Origin: Stylophora pistillata
Taxonomy: Eukaryota
NCBI RefSeq assembly: GCF_002571385.2
Contig: NW_019217787.1
Location: forward strand, 769,240-833,239
DNA: 64,000 nt
Direction: 5' to 3'
Part shown: positions 63,476-64,000 of the stretch, one piece after another
Layout of the letters: each line of letters opens with the position of its first letter
How positions within the stretch are numbered: the first letter of the stretch is position 1
Program-made: the position numbers and the translations under genes
Notes under the pieces: generated by a model
Told to the model about the DNA's origin: nothing
Database searches by the model: none
What the model saw: the letters and a program-made list of their open reading frames with translations, nothing else

Positions 63476-64000
63476 GTAAGTAAGTGAGTAAACACTTTAT
63501 TTATAGAGGGTAGCACTAAATAGTTAAAAGCTGATGAACTTGTGGCCCTCAATTAAAGATAAGAGTAATTATTGGGTTAAATAGTAAAATGATTTAGACT
63601 ACACTGTTCTTTAAAAATTACATTAAAAAGACTCTTCTTAAATGCAGAAAGGCAATCTGTACGTCTTAATTCTAAAGATAATTTATTCCATAGTCTGCAA
63701 GCTCTGACTAAGAAGAACTTTCCACCTCCTGTCTCGCGTATATACTTAGGACAAACTAAATTAAATTTAGCATACCTAGTATTTCTGGAGTGGACTTGAT
63801 TATTAACTGTAAATTTTGGAATTAAGTAATTGGGTAAGGTACCTTTAATAAGTTTAAAAACTAAAGAACAACAGCCTATCTTCTTTTCTTCTTAAAAAAG
63901 AATCCATTTTAACTTATTAAATAAACGTACAGATGGCGAATCTCTATCAGCAGACAGAATAATCGTGGCCGCCCTTTTTTGCAGCTTCAATACTCTGTTC
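63476..64000 (-). mobile_element. CR1/L2-group LINE 3' end (runs off window)
   Basis: RVLKLQKRAATIIL...LFNKLKW...LPNYL...RACRLWNKL..FKK, followed by AATAAA and a (CTTA)n tail. Confidence 0.8.

Overview
Repeat-dense, AT-rich animal genomic DNA from a draft assembly (N gaps at 5534-5553, 12258-12645, 38271-38993, 47614-47627). The repeat families look like those of a cnidarian, probably a stony coral; this is inference, not proven. About 58 kb is a graveyard of nested, mostly dead mobile elements: pogo, BEL/Pao, several Gypsy copies (one delimited by both LTRs and a TSD), three solo LTRs with 5-bp TSDs, RTE and CR1/L2 LINEs, two ISL2EU/THAP elements, an Academ-like TIR insertion, a DIRS-type tyrosine-recombinase element, an IS3EU-like transposase facing a HECT E3 ligase exon, two Penelope fragments (one with a minimal hammerhead ribozyme), a MULE-like transposase, a Ginger-like integrase-OTU element and a truncated HUH/Rep gene. 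The one clearly intact gene is on the minus strand at 58800-62693. It has 3 exons and encodes a secreted bacterial-type chondroitin sulfate ABC lyase (polysaccharide lyase family 8) of about 1155 aa with apparently conserved catalytic residues. It is the best candidate for a domesticated, horizontally acquired gene. Other notable items are the transposon-linked ubiquitin enzymes (HECT, OTU), the HUH Rep remnant, and a tRNA-derived fold-back retroelement whose inverted arm starts at the same nucleotide in two separate insertions.
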